DNA of 64,000 nucleotides from Mobula hypostoma (lineage: Eukaryota), in contig NC_086097.1 in the NCBI RefSeq assembly GCF_963921235.1, positions 196,976,001-197,040,000 of the forward strand. The letters are read 5' to 3'. The position numbers were made by a program, and so were the translations under genes. The notes below the pieces were generated by a model. The model did no database searches. It saw only the letters and a program-made list of their open reading frames with translations, and was not told the DNA's origin. Positions 63,601 through 64,000 of this stretch are shown here, piece after piece; positions within the stretch are counted from its first letter, which is position 1; every line of letters starts with the position of its first letter.

Positions 63601-64000
63601 GTCAGTGGTGGAGGCGGATACACTCGTGAAGTTTAAGAGACTACTGGACAGGTATATGGAGGAATTTAAGGTGGGGGGGGCGTATATGAGAGGCAGGGTT
63701 TGAAGGTGGGTACAACATTGTGGGCCGAAGGGCCTGTACTGTGCTGTACTATTCTATGTTCTATGAAGGTTTAATAGAGATGTTAGGGAGGGTTTAAACT
63801 AATTTGGCAGGGGGATGGGAACCGGAATGACAGAGCAGAGGAGGGGGAAAACAGAAATAAATCTCAGATAGTCAGCAGTAAAGATGTCAGGAAGCACAGG
63901 TGGGGGATGAGGCAAATTTGCAGCCATTGGGATGAGTTGCAGTGCAATAAAGTTGCAGTACAATCAAAACAAAAAGTACCAAATACTGGACTTAAGGTGT
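60613..64000 (+). mobile_element. CR1 5' UTR/ORF1 (esterase-like) element, split by the 61207-63764 insertion and running off the window
   Basis: VHVGTNAI...DGLHLNPKGTNILAG breaks at 61206 and resumes RFNRDVREGLN* after 63765. Confidence 0.8.
61207..63764 (+). mobile_element. Young 5'-truncated CR1 (EN-RT-3' tail)
   Basis: 409-aa open RT stretch 62128-63357; tail attctatgttctat; flanked by GAAG at 61203-61206 and 63765-63768. Confidence 0.92.

Noticed and set aside
55758..64000. Final USP14 exons (YDLQAVLTHQG...SGHY His box)
   Set aside because: Not found by eye. The region is mostly repeats, so the exons presumably lie beyond the window. This is not evidence of pseudogenisation.

Overview
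Eukaryotic (vertebrate) genomic DNA, most likely a cartilaginous fish. This is inferred from HE1/V-SINE-like SINEs, dense CR1 LINEs and Penelope-derived repeats. The only host gene seen is USP14 (proteasome-associated deubiquitinase) on the + strand. It has a CpG-rich promoter at ~11.4-12.1 kb and coding exons 1-14 from 11661 to 55757, which splice into an open 1222-nt frame (407 codons + 1 nt) with the catalytic Cys at residue 114. The last exons (His box) were not found and probably lie beyond the window. Intron 9 is a U12-type (minor spliceosome) GT-AG intron. Most of the remaining sequence is transposon-derived: many nested CR1 LINEs, a full-length lesioned L1 with a target-site duplication (TSD), a 5'-truncated restriction-endonuclease-like (HERO-type) LINE, Rex1/Babar fragments, a solo LTR, hAT and Tigger-like DNA elements, and Penelope-derived short or fold-back elements carrying minimal hammerhead motifs. 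The most unusual observation is a structured RNA in the 3' UTR of the HERO-type LINE (9373-9490, - strand). It contains all three hammerhead core motifs with correct helix I and helix III pairings, but in a crossed, pseudoknotted order that fits none of the type I/II/III topologies. Repeat boundaries without a stated TSD are approximate.
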